DNA of 64,000 bases from Bacteroidia bacterium (GTDB lineage Bacteria; Bacteroidota; Bacteroidia; JABEUT01), in the NCBI GenBank assembly GCA_052325425.1, contig JBKQUY010000067.1:30123-94122 (forward strand), read 5' to 3'. Below, piece by piece: positions 1 to 9,608 of this stretch. The notes beneath the pieces were generated by a model. The model searched no databases, had not been told where the DNA came from, and saw only the letters and a program-made list of their open reading frames with translations. Within the stretch, counting starts at the first letter, position 1. Each line of letters opens with the position of its first letter. The translations under genes were made by a program, and so were the position numbers.

Positions 1-475
1 ATATTAGCCAAGACCATTAAAAAAAACAACTGATAACCTGTGAGCAAATATATATCAATAAAGCGATGAATTATAAATTATGAGTTATGAGTGAAAAAAA
101 TCACGGATATTTCACTTTGCATATAAAATAGTTGCATTTCTTCAGTATTATAACTACCTAATAAGTGAGACTTGAGAAACTTTAGTAAGAAAAAGTACCC
201 TTTACAGGGTAAATCAACTTTGTTAACGGAAAAATTCTGTTATTCCACAAAAACCTGAAAAATATTCTTTCAAAATAGAGAAATGACTCAATTTTATACT
301 GATGGGTCATTTTCAGCTCATGCTAAAATAAATAGGCCTATAGAACCTTAACACATTATAAATGATGATAATAATACAAAATGAAAGTAACAAAGAATGA
401 ATCAATACAAAGCCGAGAAAATATTTGCAATATTGTTAAGTTTTTGACATAAAGCTTTTTGTATTCCATTTTTAT

Positions 476-483
476 TATTTTTG
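476..483 (+). promoter_or_regulatory. Candidate Bacteroidota -7 promoter box TATTTTTG about 15 bp upstream of the acpP ATG
   Basis: Matches the TAnnTTTG consensus. Position is appropriate for the ATG at 498. Confidence 0.3.
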
Positions 484-497
484 CAGCCAATTTAAAA

Positions 498-758
498 ATG
501 ACGACCATGACAAATAAAAATGATGTCTCTATCGAAGCAAGGGTAAAAAAAATCATTGTTGACAAATTAGGTGTTGATGAAAAGGAAGTAACACCCCAGG
601 CGAGTTTTACCAATGACTTAGGCGCTGATTCTCTCGATACAGTTGAGCTTATCATGGATTTTGAAAAAGAATTTAACATTGCCATCCCGGATGAGCAAGC
701 AGAAAAAATTAATACTGTAGGCGAAGCCATCTCTTACATAGAAGCAAACGTAAAATAA
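498..758 (+). CDS. acpP: Acyl carrier protein
   Basis: About 86 aa with the phosphopantetheine attachment motif [14 protein letters not shown]. The ORF track start (459) runs through a hydrophobic leader that is unlikely to be real. The internal ATG at 498 or 507 gives canonical ACP length. Confidence 0.9.
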   Translation: MTTMTNKNDVSIEARVKKIIVDKLGVDEKEVTPQASFTNDLGADSLDTVELIMDFEKEFNIAIPDEQAEKINTVGEAISYIEANVK

Positions 759-776
759 TACTCTCTTGCATTTTCA

Positions 777-2030
777 ATGCAGTTAAAACGCGTAGTAGTA
801 ACAGGAATAGGTGCGCTTACCCCAATTGGCAATAACCTTGAAGAATATTGGTCTGGGCTTATATCAGGAAGAAGCGGGGCGGCTATTATTAAGCGTTTTG
901 ACCCTTCTAAATTTAAAACCAGGTTTGCCTGCGAATTGAAAGGTTTTCAGGCTGAGAACCATTTTGACCGTAAAGAGGCAAGAAGGCTTGACCCCTATTC
1001 CCAATATGGGTTAGTGGCTGTTGAAGAAGCGATAAAAGATTCTGGGTTAAACCTTGAAAAAGTCAACCACGACCGGGTTGGTGTAATTTGGGGTTCGGGT
1101 ATAGGCGGCCTGGATACTTTCTTCGAGGAATGTATTAACTACGGAAAGGGCGACGGAACACCCCGGTTCAACCCTTTCTTTATACCCAAAATGATAGTGG
1201 ATATCCTTTCAGGTCATATATCAATAAAATATGGCTTCAGAGGACCGAACTTTACTACTGTTTCTGCATGTGCATCATCAACCAATTCTTTAATTGATGC
1301 ATTAACCTATATCAGGTTAGGTAAGGCTGATATTATTATTGCCGGAGGTTCAGAAGCCGCCATTGACCAGGCTGGTATTGGCGGATTTAACGCCATGAAA
1401 GCATTATCGGAGCGTAATGATTCACCCGAAACAGCCTCACGGCCATTTGATAAAGACCGGGATGGTTTTGTAATGGGAGAAGGTGCAGGTTCACTGATTT
1501 TGGAAGAACTTGAACATGCGCTTGCCCGCGGAGCAAAAATTTATGCCGAAGTAGCCGGTGGCGGAATGACAGCCGATGCCCACCACATGACCGCACCTCA
1601 TCCAGAAGGATTAGGAGCAATAAATGTAATGAAACTGGCTTTGGAAGATGCAGGTATGCAAGCCTCTGATATTGATTATATTAATGTGCATGGCACTTCA
1701 ACGCCCTTAGGTGATATAGCCGAAACAAAGGCTATTTTAAATGTATTTGGCGAACATGCCTATAAACTTAATATCAGTTCTACCAAGTCAATGACCGGGC
1801 ATTTGTTGGGCGCCGCTGGCGCTATAGAAGCCATAGCTTCTATTATGGCTATACAACATGGAATTGTGCCTCCTACCATTAATCATTTCACCGACGATCC
1901 TGAACTTGACAATAAACTGAACCTTACATTCAACAAGGCTCAAAAGAGAACCGTAAATGCCGCATTAAGCAATACATTTGGCTTTGGCGGCCACAATATG
2001 TCGGTTATTGTACGTAGGTTTGAGAAATAA
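777..2030 (+). CDS. fabF: Beta-ketoacyl-ACP synthase II
   Basis: 417 aa. Thiolase-fold KAS II signature with active-site Cys in the CASS context and HHMT/GHLLGAAG motifs. Immediately downstream of acpP. Confidence 0.95.
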   Translation: MQLKRVVVTGIGALTPIGNNLEEYWSGLISGRSGAAIIKRFDPSKFKTRFACELKGFQAENHFDRKEARRLDPYSQYGLVAVEEAIKDSGLNLEKVNHDRVGVIWGSGIGGLDTFFEECINYGKGDGTPRFNPFFIPKMIVDILSGHISIKYGFRGPNFTTVSACASSTNSLIDALTYIRLGKADIIIAGGSEAAIDQAGIGGFNAMKALSERNDSPETASRPFDKDRDGFVMGEGAGSLILEELEHALARGAKIYAEVAGGGMTADAHHMTAPHPEGLGAINVMKLALEDAGMQASDIDYINVHGTSTPLGDIAETKAILNVFGEHAYKLNISSTKSMTGHLLGAAGAIEAIASIMAIQHGIVPPTINHFTDDPELDNKLNLTFNKAQKRTVNAALSNTFGFGGHNMSVIVRRFEK

Positions 2031-2031
2031 T

Positions 2032-3276
2032 TCAGACTACTCTCTCAATTGCTGCCATGTAAAAGCCATCATGTCCCGATTCTGAGGGCAGTATTTTTTT
2101 CTCGGCAACCTTTCTGAATCCAGTATTACCGGAAATAAATTTATCCACAATCAGCTCATTTTCACATGGCAATATACTGCATGTTGCATATATAACTTTG
2201 CCGCCAACTTTCGCCATTTTGGAATAAGATGATATAATTTCCTGCTGTTCAATAATAATCCTGTCGATAATTTCCTTACTAAGTTTCCATTTATTATCAG
2301 GATTACGCCTGAGAACGCCTAAACCAGAACAAGGGACATCAAGAAGTAAGCGGTCGGCTGTTTTCTCCATACGCTTTATAACTTTTGAAGAAGTAATGGC
2401 CCGAGATTCAATAATGCTGACACCTGCTCTGGAAGCGCGTTTTTGTAATTCCTTTAATTTCCATTCATGCAAATCCAATGCAATAATCTTGCCTTTGTTT
2501 TGCATCAGGGCAGCAATATGTAATGTTTTTCCGCCTCCGCCGGCACAAGCATCAACCACCCGCATACCGGGTTTCAAATCCATAAAATATGACACCTCCT
2601 GTGATGAAGCATCTTGTACTTCAAACCAACCATCATTAAAGCATCTGGTTTTGAAAATGTTTTGCCTTACTTCTAACCGAAGCGCATCCGGGCAGGCAGG
2701 TACACCAAGTGAATCAATACCTTCCTTCTTCAATGCTTCACGAAGGTTTGCAATTGAAGTCTTTAAGGTGTTGCAACGTATAATTACGGGGGCGGTTTCA
2801 TTTAGCGTATGTATCTCCCTTTCCCATTTATTACCCAATTCAGCAATACCAAGTTCATCTAACCAGTCCGGTATTGATTCCCTTAATGCCCTGTTCCCTT
2901 CAATTTCTTTCAATTTAGAATCATAAGGCAGTTCCTGTATTCCCGAAAACTCCTTCCAGGCAGGCAATTCATAACCTGAGAGGTGAAAATAAACACCAAG
3001 AACTGCCCATAATTTCTGCTCATTGAGAGAAGTTTCCTCTCCATAAATTGTCCATAATTTTCTCCACCATCTTACAGTTTCATATACAGTTTCCGCTAAA
3101 AATTTTCTATCCTTAGAACCCCATTTAGGATTTGACTTCAGCAAGTTTTTTACTACCGAATCAGCATACCTGTTATCTCCAAAGACTTGCTGTAATGCAA
3201 CAATTACGGCCTGAATCAAATTATGATGGAGTCTCTCTTTTGTTCCTTGCTTTATAGCAATAGGGTTATTTCCCAT
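2032..3276 (-). CDS. rsmB: 16S rRNA (cytosine-C5)-methyltransferase, NOL1/NOP2/Sun family
   Basis: 414 aa. NusB-like N-terminus, SAM-binding DACAGGGGKT and catalytic DVPCSGLGVLRRNPD motifs. Confidence 0.8.
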   Translation of the reverse strand: MGNNPIAIKQGTKERLHHNLIQAVIVALQQVFGDNRYADSVVKNLLKSNPKWGSKDRKFLAETVYETVRWWRKLWTIYGEETSLNEQKLWAVLGVYFHLSGYELPAWKEFSGIQELPYDSKLKEIEGNRALRESIPDWLDELGIAELGNKWEREIHTLNETAPVIIRCNTLKTSIANLREALKKEGIDSLGVPACPDALRLEVRQNIFKTRCFNDGWFEVQDASSQEVSYFMDLKPGMRVVDACAGGGGKTLHIAALMQNKGKIIALDLHEWKLKELQKRASRAGVSIIESRAITSSKVIKRMEKTADRLLLDVPCSGLGVLRRNPDNKWKLSKEIIDRIIIEQQEIISSYSKMAKVGGKVIYATCSILPCENELIVDKFISGNTGFRKVAEKKILPSESGHDGFYMAAIERVV

Positions 3277-3344
3277 AATTATGCAATCACTTTATTGTAC
3301 TGTAAAAGTACAGATAATTCAAACTATTTAAAGGGAATAGATTA

Positions 3345-4403
3345 CTAGAACTTGGCCCTTCTTCTTCTTACCTTAAACCTGTTCTTACTGAACAGCCCGG
3401 AATAGTGGGCACGATAAATGCTGCTGGTACCGCGAATTACATAACCAAAATCTACTGTTGTAGTTATAAAACTGTCAGTATTTGCATACGTACCTTTATA
3501 ATACAATTCAGGAACCTTGCCTCCACGCTGATTCGGGTATTCAGAATTATCAGGATAAGGACCATAACTTCCTATTTGAATACCATTGGGTGTCCCGTAT
3601 TTATTAATATAATCTTGCCCTTGTGCTGTATATAAAGTAGGGTCAGAAAAGTATTTTTCTTCATAAGTCATATTATTCCATTGTGTTTGGTCAGGATAAG
3701 TTCCGCTTGCACCATCCAAAACATCCGTAAATGTTTTTGTATATGTCATTGACCAGCCAATGCGATACCTTTTCTTAAGTGTAAAATTGAAACCTGCCCC
3801 AACTGGTATGCCAGGTTGTATATAATGGCCTTTGAATGGAGTATTTTCAGTGTATAAATTATGAAGACTAACCCACCTGGGGCCATTGCCGACCGAAACT
3901 TCTGCCCCAGCTGAATTAAACTTAATGCGGTAGGGATTATAAGCGTACGGGTCCTGGTAAAAAATACTAATACCTGCACACAAATACAGGCCAAAAGAAT
4001 TTTCGTACCTATACGTATTTCCTAAGTCAGGATTTTCAAAAAAGGTCCATTCACCCATTACATTTAACTGAATCATATCATTACGGAAAGTAAGGTCTCT
4101 GATTTTCCTTGGTGCATAATTTGAAAGGCTATCCGCCCCCTGTATCCTAATCCAGCTTAATTGGGCTTCAACTGACCAAGGGTCTCTTATTTTATATCGC
4201 ACATATCCCCCAATTTGCCAGCCGGTTTCCTTCAGTTGCATGTCATCAACAAAATCCCGCCTATGTTCATCAGAATTAATTCCACCAATAGAACCAAGGT
4301 AATCTGATGGGCCTATTTTCCCTCCATAATCCCAATTGTATTGGCTATAACCAATTATTGGCAATAAAATAAACAGGCTTGCAATTAATACAAGTTTACG
4401 CAT
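3345..4403 (-). CDS. Secreted outer-membrane-type hypothetical protein (aromatic-rich, beta-rich)
   Basis: Signal peptide MRKLVLIASLFILLPIIGYSQ. The ORF track first codon is TTG. The ATG at 4401-4403 is the likely start. Confidence 0.75.
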   Translation of the reverse strand: MRKLVLIASLFILLPIIGYSQYNWDYGGKIGPSDYLGSIGGINSDEHRRDFVDDMQLKETGWQIGGYVRYKIRDPWSVEAQLSWIRIQGADSLSNYAPRKIRDLTFRNDMIQLNVMGEWTFFENPDLGNTYRYENSFGLYLCAGISIFYQDPYAYNPYRIKFNSAGAEVSVGNGPRWVSLHNLYTENTPFKGHYIQPGIPVGAGFNFTLKKRYRIGWSMTYTKTFTDVLDGASGTYPDQTQWNNMTYEEKYFSDPTLYTAQGQDYINKYGTPNGIQIGSYGPYPDNSEYPNQRGGKVPELYYKGTYANTDSFITTTVDFGYVIRGTSSIYRAHYSGLFSKNRFKVRRRRAKF

Positions 4404-4422
4404 CAAGATTACTTTAAGCTTA

Positions 4423-4430
4423 CAAATATA
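4423..4430 (-). promoter_or_regulatory. -7 box TATATTTG (minus strand) upstream of the 3345..4403 gene
   Basis: Lies within the element cttacaaatatataaattttt. A near-identical copy is present at 7517-7540. Confidence 0.35.
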
Positions 4431-4611
4431 TAAATTTTTCCGAAAAATAGAAAGTTATTCATCGCATTACAGGTCAGTTATGTTCAATACAATCAACCTG
4501 CGTTCATATATATTTATTATATTATTGCCAAAATATACGCCGTTATAACCATTTTCAATGTATTTCAAAATCTTTATGATTTTTTTATAATTTAGCACAA
4601 AATTAAACCCC

Positions 4612-5169
4612 ATGAATCAAAAATTTATCCTAACCGTAACCATTCTTGCTACCTCTGTTTTATTATTAACCTCATTCAATACTTCCATGAAAACGCTTTA
4701 TGATTTTAAGGCCAAGACTATAGATGGCCAGGATTTTGATATGTCTTCTTTAAAAGGTAAAAAAGTACTTATAGTGAACACCGCTTCAAAGTGCGGTTTT
4801 ACCCCTCAATATGCCGACCTTGAAAAGTTATATAAAGACTATGGAGGCGATAAGTTTACCATTATTGGATTTCCTGCCAATAATTTTGGCGAACAGGAAC
4901 CGGGCAGTAATTCAGATATTAAGACCTTTTGCACCAAGAACTACGGAGTTACTTTCCAGATGATGCAAAAAATATCGGTAAAAGGCGATGACATGGATCC
5001 CTTATATAAATGGTTGACTGAAAAATCGGAAAATGGGGTTCAGGATGCTCCTGTAATGTGGAACTTTCAGAAGTTTATGATTGATGAGAAGGGCCATTGG
5101 GCTGGAGTTGCCATGAGTAAAGAATTACCCGAATGCGATAAAATAGTAAACTGGATAAAAGGCAAATAA
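4612..5169 (+). CDS. gpx: Glutathione peroxidase with signal peptide
   Basis: CGFTPQY (peroxidatic Cys) and WNFQKF motifs. 185 aa. Confidence 0.9.
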   Translation: MNQKFILTVTILATSVLLLTSFNTSMKTLYDFKAKTIDGQDFDMSSLKGKKVLIVNTASKCGFTPQYADLEKLYKDYGGDKFTIIGFPANNFGEQEPGSNSDIKTFCTKNYGVTFQMMQKISVKGDDMDPLYKWLTEKSENGVQDAPVMWNFQKFMIDEKGHWAGVAMSKELPECDKIVNWIKGK

Positions 5170-5173
5170 AAAG

Positions 5174-5200
5174 AAAGTCCCGCAAATGCGGGACTTTACA
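5174..5200 (+). terminator. Rho-independent-type hairpin agtcccgcaaatgcgggact followed by T-rich run
   Basis: Perfect 8 bp stem between the convergent gpx and bacilliredoxin genes. Confidence 0.6.
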
Positions 5201-5216
5201 TTTAGTTTAATAAAAT

Positions 5217-5627
5217 CTAACAATACTGGTCGAAAGCAGCCTTCAGGTTTTCGGCAACCATATTGGCAGAATGGCCTTCAATGTGATGGCGCTCAATAAA
5301 ATGAACCAGTTTACCATCTTTAAAAAGAGCGATTGATGGAGAAGAAGGAGGATAAGGTAATGTATATCTCCTTGCCTGTGCGGTAGCTTCAACATCAAAA
5401 CCGGCAAATACTGTAGCGAGATGCTGGGGCTTTTTATCATTTTTTAATGACAGGATAATTCCGGGCCTTGCTGCACCGGCTGAACAACCGCAAACTGAAT
5501 TGAATACCAGCAAAAGGGTTCCCTTTTGGCGAATTGCGTTATCAACTGCAGTTGGGGTGGTCAAATCTTCGAATCCGGCGCTTGTGAGCTCCGATTTCAT
5601 GGGTTTTACTAATGTTTCAGGATACAT
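5217..5627 (-). CDS. Bacilliredoxin, BrxA/BrxB (YphP/YqiW, DUF1094) family thiol-disulfide oxidoreductase
   Basis: 136 aa. NSVCGCSAGAARP CGC motif and conserved FAGxD...YPPSSPS...HFIERHHIEG segments. Confidence 0.8.
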   Translation of the reverse strand: MYPETLVKPMKSELTSAGFEDLTTPTAVDNAIRQKGTLLLVFNSVCGCSAGAARPGIILSLKNDKKPQHLATVFAGFDVEATAQARRYTLPYPPSSPSIALFKDGKLVHFIERHHIEGHSANMVAENLKAAFDQYC

Positions 5628-5687
5628 GCTTTTTAAATTTTAGTATGCAAAGGTAGTAAAAATTATGGCTTGTCCGACATTCTCATT

Positions 5688-6170
5688 TTAATCCCTTTTA
5701 CTTTGAAAATATGAACTTAGAATAGAAGAACACTCATCTTCCAGAATACCAGAGGTAATAATAGTTTTAGGGTGAAGCAGCCTTGTTCCGACTGTCATAA
5801 ACCCCCGTTTCGGGTCAGATGCGCCATAAACCAGGCGCCCCAGTTGTGCCCAGAAAGAAGCGCCGGCGCACATAATACATGGTTCAATGGTTACGTATAA
5901 TGTACATTCCTGCAAATATTTCCCTCCAATATGGCTTGCGGCTGAGGTAAATGCCTGCATTTCGGCGTGGGCGGTTACGTCGGTAAGCTGTTCTGTAAGG
6001 TTATGGGCGCGGGCAATTATGCTGCCTGCGCAAACTATCACGGCTCCAATAGGTATTTCGTCTTTGTCATAGGCTTTCCTCGCTTCCTTCAAGGCTTCAC
6101 GCATATAAGGCTCATCTTCAGGAAGCGGTTCAATAGTCTTATGATTGCTTTTTGCCATTCTATACAACAC
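5688..6170 (-). CDS. tadA: tRNA-specific adenosine deaminase
   Basis: CMP/dCMP deaminase zinc motifs HAEMQAF and PCIMCAGA. An alternative start at 6158 would remove the 11 bp overlap with rnz. Confidence 0.9.
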   Translation of the reverse strand: MLYRMAKSNHKTIEPLPEDEPYMREALKEARKAYDKDEIPIGAVIVCAGSIIARAHNLTEQLTDVTAHAEMQAFTSAASHIGGKYLQECTLYVTIEPCIMCAGASFWAQLGRLVYGASDPKRGFMTVGTRLLHPKTIITSGILEDECSSILSSYFQSKRD

Positions 6171-7077
6171 TTATTTTTTTACCTTCTTCGGCAAGGTATG
6201 TTTCCGCGAACACTTCTTTTGCCTCGGCAAGCAAAGGCTCCAGGTTTTTATAGCGGGCTGAAAAATGGCCAAGAATAAGTTTATGCACTTCGGCCTTTTT
6301 AGCAAGGGTTGCAGCATCTCTGGCAGTAGAATGCATGGTCTGTTTTGCCCTTTCCCTCATATCTTCCATAAATGTAGCTTCATGATACAACAGGTTGGCA
6401 TTACGAATAAATGGTATTAACTCTTCATCGTATATTGTATCGGAACAATATACATACCTGCGCGGAGGTAGCGCAGGAAGAGTCAATATATTATTTTCTA
6501 TCCGCTTTCCTTCATTGGTAATAAAATCTTCACCGGCTTTTAGCTTTTCCATTTGGTCAACCGGAACCTGGTATTTTTCTATCTCTTCTTTAATAAGTTT
6601 CTTCGGCCTTGGTTTTTCGGTAAATATAAAGCCGCAACAAGGCACACTGTGCTTCATTATAATTGTCGAGACGGTGAGTTTTTCATCCTCAAAAATTATA
6701 TGATTCCCCGAAAAGTCCAGCGGGTGAAAAATAACAGGATATTGTAAAACGCTCCTTGAAAGTTCATTGGTAACATCTATAATTTTCTTCAATCCGGCTT
6801 CAGCATAAAGATGCAAAGGCTCTGTCCGCCCCAATAAATGTATGCTTGACAAAAAACCCGAAAGGCCTAAAAAATGGTCGCCGTGAAGGTGGCTGATAAA
6901 AATATGGCTTATCCGCTGGAATTTTATGGAGAACCTGCGTAACTGCATCTGGGTTCCTTCCCCGCAATCGACAAGAAAATGGCGGCCTGCAATATGAATA
7001 AACTGCGATGTAGGATACCTGCCAAAAGCAGGAGTTGCAGAACTGCAACCGAGAACAGTTACCTCAAAAGCGTCCAA
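6160..7077 (-). CDS. rnz: Ribonuclease Z (metallo-beta-lactamase fold)
   Basis: 305 aa. HLHGDHFLGL zinc-binding motif. Confidence 0.9.
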   Translation of the reverse strand: MDAFEVTVLGCSSATPAFGRYPTSQFIHIAGRHFLVDCGEGTQMQLRRFSIKFQRISHIFISHLHGDHFLGLSGFLSSIHLLGRTEPLHLYAEAGLKKIIDVTNELSRSVLQYPVIFHPLDFSGNHIIFEDEKLTVSTIIMKHSVPCCGFIFTEKPRPKKLIKEEIEKYQVPVDQMEKLKAGEDFITNEGKRIENNILTLPALPPRRYVYCSDTIYDEELIPFIRNANLLYHEATFMEDMRERAKQTMHSTARDAATLAKKAEVHKLILGHFSARYKNLEPLLAEAKEVFAETYLAEEGKKISVV

Positions 7078-7080
7078 ACC

Positions 7081-7440
7081 CTACTTGCTGCTTGCTTTTG
7101 CTTCACCAATAAGGGTAATACCTTCTTCCAGCGTAATGGCCGTATTAATTATGCTGTCGAGCTGCGAAATAAGTATTAACTTTTTAACCGGTTCTTTCAA
7201 CCCTGTAAGAACAAGCATTCCTCCCGAATTTTTGCACAGGCGGTTTCCTACAAGAATAGCGCTAAGCCCGGAGGAGTCGCAATACCGGGCATCGGACATA
7301 TCAATTATAATGTTCCTGGCGCCCTCCGTGTTAATGTTTACAAGTTCCGCTTTAAGCTCGGGAGCAATGAGGCTGTCAAGTTTCTCGGAGTTTATCTTGA
7401 CAACCATGCAACTTTTTTGTTTCTCAATCTGTAGTATCAT
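7081..7440 (-). CDS. STAS-domain protein (anti-sigma-factor antagonist / MlaB-like)
   Basis: 119 aa. STAS-like alternating hydrophobic pattern with conserved phosphorylatable Ser context (DSSGLSAIL). Lies directly downstream of mlaEF. Confidence 0.7.
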   Translation of the reverse strand: MILQIEKQKSCMVVKINSEKLDSLIAPELKAELVNINTEGARNIIIDMSDARYCDSSGLSAILVGNRLCKNSGGMLVLTGLKEPVKKLILISQLDSIINTAITLEEGITLIGEAKASSK

Positions 7441-7522
7441 TTTCGCTTATTTTATTCGTTTGAATTATATCTCAATTCCGGGGTTTATGATCAATCATTT
7501 ATGTTTTAACTGAATTACCTTA

Positions 7523-7530
7523 CAAATATA
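7523..7530 (-). promoter_or_regulatory. -7 box TATATTTG (minus strand) upstream of the STAS gene
   Basis: Second copy of the ttacaaatatataattttt element also seen at 4417-4440. Confidence 0.3.
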
Positions 7531-7574
7531 TAATTTTTTATGGAATAAACAAGTTTATTGCGTTAATAATTGCC

Positions 7575-8330
7575 TTATCCCTGTTTATCCTTCAATTCCT
7601 TCAGGAACTTGGAAACATAAATAAAATCCTGCAACTCTTTGTTATCGGTATTCAATATTGTTTTGTTATCGCCTTCCCACCAATTTTGCCGGTTACATAT
7701 AAATATCACTTTCTCGCCTATCTCCATTACCGAATTCATATCGTGTGTAATTACTACCGTGGTAATATTAAACTCAACTGTAATTTCCTTTATCAGCTTA
7801 TCAATCAATATGGAGGTTTTAGGGTCGAGCCCTGAGTTAGGCTCATCGCAAAACAGGTACTGCGGACTGGGAGCAATGGCGCGCGCAATAGCCACTCTTT
7901 TTTTCATTCCTCCGCTCAACTCTGATGGATAAAGGCTGTTTACATTTTTCAGGTTAACTCTTTCGAGGCAGAAATTTGCCCTTTCCAGCATTTGTTCTTC
8001 TGTCATATCAGTAAACATAGCCAGGGGAAAAGTAACGTTCTCTTCCACCGTTTTAGAATCAAACAATGCTGCGCCCTGGAAAAGCATGCCCATTTCTTTG
8101 CGTAAATGTTGCTTCTCCTTGATGTTCATATTCAAAAAATTCCTTCCGTCATAAAGCACCTCGCCCGAATCTACTGAGGTGAGCCCCACCATGCACTTTA
8201 ACAACACTGTTTTGCCCGAGCCGCTCTCCCCTATAATTAAATTTGTTTTGCCCTGCTCAAACTTGCACGAAAAATCCTTTGTAACCTGCTTATCGCCAAA
8301 GAACTTATTTATATTTTTCAGCTCAATCAT
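7575..8330 (-). CDS. mlaF: ABC transporter ATP-binding protein, MlaF-like
   Basis: Walker A GESGSGKT, ABC signature LSGGMKKRVAIARA. Start moved to the MIELKNINKFF ATG (8328-8330) to avoid overlap with mlaE. Confidence 0.85.
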   Translation of the reverse strand: MIELKNINKFFGDKQVTKDFSCKFEQGKTNLIIGESGSGKTVLLKCMVGLTSVDSGEVLYDGRNFLNMNIKEKQHLRKEMGMLFQGAALFDSKTVEENVTFPLAMFTDMTEEQMLERANFCLERVNLKNVNSLYPSELSGGMKKRVAIARAIAPSPQYLFCDEPNSGLDPKTSILIDKLIKEITVEFNITTVVITHDMNSVMEIGEKVIFICNRQNWWEGDNKTILNTDNKELQDFIYVSKFLKELKDKQG

Positions 8331-8335
8331 ACAGG

Positions 8336-9082
8336 TTAAGCAAGTAAAAGCTGGGTTAAAATAAAGTTGAACAGAAGAATAAGGATACTGCAATACACCA
8401 CTGCCCTTGTGCTCGATTTGCCTACCTCAAGCGAACCACCTTCGGTATAATAACCCTGGTAGGCCGCAACCGATGAAATGATAAAAGCAAAAACAACTGT
8501 CTTAATAAGCGAGTAGGTTACATTGTATGAATTAAACTGGTATTGTATGCCATAAGTGAATTTATAGGAAGTTACCACGTGCGTGAATACACCCAGAATC
8601 CATCCGCCCAAAATACCCAGGAACATGCTTATCATTATCAGGAAGGGATTAATAACCACGCAGGCAAGCACCTTGGGTAAAATAAGAAATGCCTTTGAAT
8701 TCACCCCCATTATTTCAAGCGCGTCTATCTGTTCGCTTACCCGCATGGTGCCAATTTCAGATGCAATATTTGAGCCTACCTTGCCCGCCAGTATCAAACT
8801 GATTATGGTGGGGGAAAATTCAAGAATCATAGCATCGCGGGTACTTACGCCTATGGCATAAAGCGGAACAAATGGGCTGGTAAAGCCAAATGCCGCCTGA
8901 ATGGTAATAACCGCTCCCATAAAAAATGATATAATAGATACTATGGGCAGAGAGTTCACCCCGAGGCTTTCTATGGAATGAAAAAACTCCTTCCTGTACA
9001 CGGCAAACTTCTCCGGCTTTGAGAAAACCTGCCACATCATTATAAAGTAACGCCCTATATGGTATAATATACTTCTTATCAT
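8336..9082 (-). CDS. mlaE: ABC transporter permease, MlaE family
   Basis: 248 aa polytopic membrane protein with an MlaE-like conserved loop (SEQIDALEIMG). Confidence 0.85.
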   Translation of the reverse strand: MIRSILYHIGRYFIMMWQVFSKPEKFAVYRKEFFHSIESLGVNSLPIVSIISFFMGAVITIQAAFGFTSPFVPLYAIGVSTRDAMILEFSPTIISLILAGKVGSNIASEIGTMRVSEQIDALEIMGVNSKAFLILPKVLACVVINPFLIMISMFLGILGGWILGVFTHVVTSYKFTYGIQYQFNSYNVTYSLIKTVVFAFIISSVAAYQGYYTEGGSLEVGKSSTRAVVYCSILILLFNFILTQLLLA

Positions 9083-9113
9083 TTTATTGCCGCCTAAAAT
9101 TAGCTTTTTTTAT

Positions 9114-9206
9114 AGATTGAGGTTAAGGTTAAGGTTGAGATTGAGGTTGAGGTTGAGGTTGAGATTAAGATTGAGGTTGAGGTTAAGGTTAAGATTGAGG
9201 TTGAGA
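9114..9206. repeat. Hexanucleotide tandem repeat (AGRTTR), about 15 units
   Basis: agattg/aggtta/aggttg units repeated head-to-tail. Lies 32 bp upstream of the mlaE start codon on the opposite strand. Confidence 0.9.
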
Positions 9207-9295
9207 ACTGACAGCGCCAAATAGAACATCACAATAAATCTTCCTTTATTAGTGAATAATATATTGAATGAAGCAGTCTTGTCACATTGAGTTTG

Positions 9296-9499
9296 TCATG
9301 GTGTTTCAGTTTTCTCGCGAAGAACGCTGAGTAAACGACCCGCAGAGTTACGCAAAGTTGCTTCCCCAACAATTAGTGCAATCCCGGCCTCTTCTATCGG
9401 GGTTGATTCCCAAACAAGTAGCGCAATCCCGACCTCTTTTATCGGGGAGTTTTCCATTTCAATTATTCGTTCCATAATTTGTTTTTTATCGGTACTCAT
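9296..9499 (-). CDS. Small hypothetical ORF with internal PI(K/E)E(V/A)GIAL repeats, possibly a repeat fragment rather than a gene
   Basis: 67 aa. The DNA contains two 25 bp repeat units that also occur in the 10119..11099 gene. Confidence 0.3.
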   Translation of the reverse strand: MSTDKKQIMERIIEMENSPIKEVGIALLVWESTPIEEAGIALIVGEATLRNSAGRLLSVLREKTETP

Positions 9500-9506
9500 G
9501 ATTGCT

Positions 9507-9608
9507 TCGCAATTCCTAATTGCTAATTCCTAATTTTTAATTAATATCCCCCCCTCCATCGTAATTCGTAATTTCTAATTTTTAATTCGTAATTATCTAC
9601 CCCCCCCC
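9507..9608. repeat. Two about 45 bp AT-rich direct repeats (taattc/taattt motifs), each ending in a poly-C tract (C7 at 9548-9554, C9 at 9600-9608)
   Basis: Read directly from the sequence. Confidence 0.8.

Noticed and set aside
2396-2926. 176-aa ORF antisense inside rsmB
   Set aside because: Fully embedded antisense to a well-supported gene, with low-complexity composition. Typical shadow ORF.
9114-9206. Considered a CRISPR array because of the regular repeats
   Set aside because: Units are only 6 bp with no spacers and no cas genes nearby. It is a simple tandem repeat.
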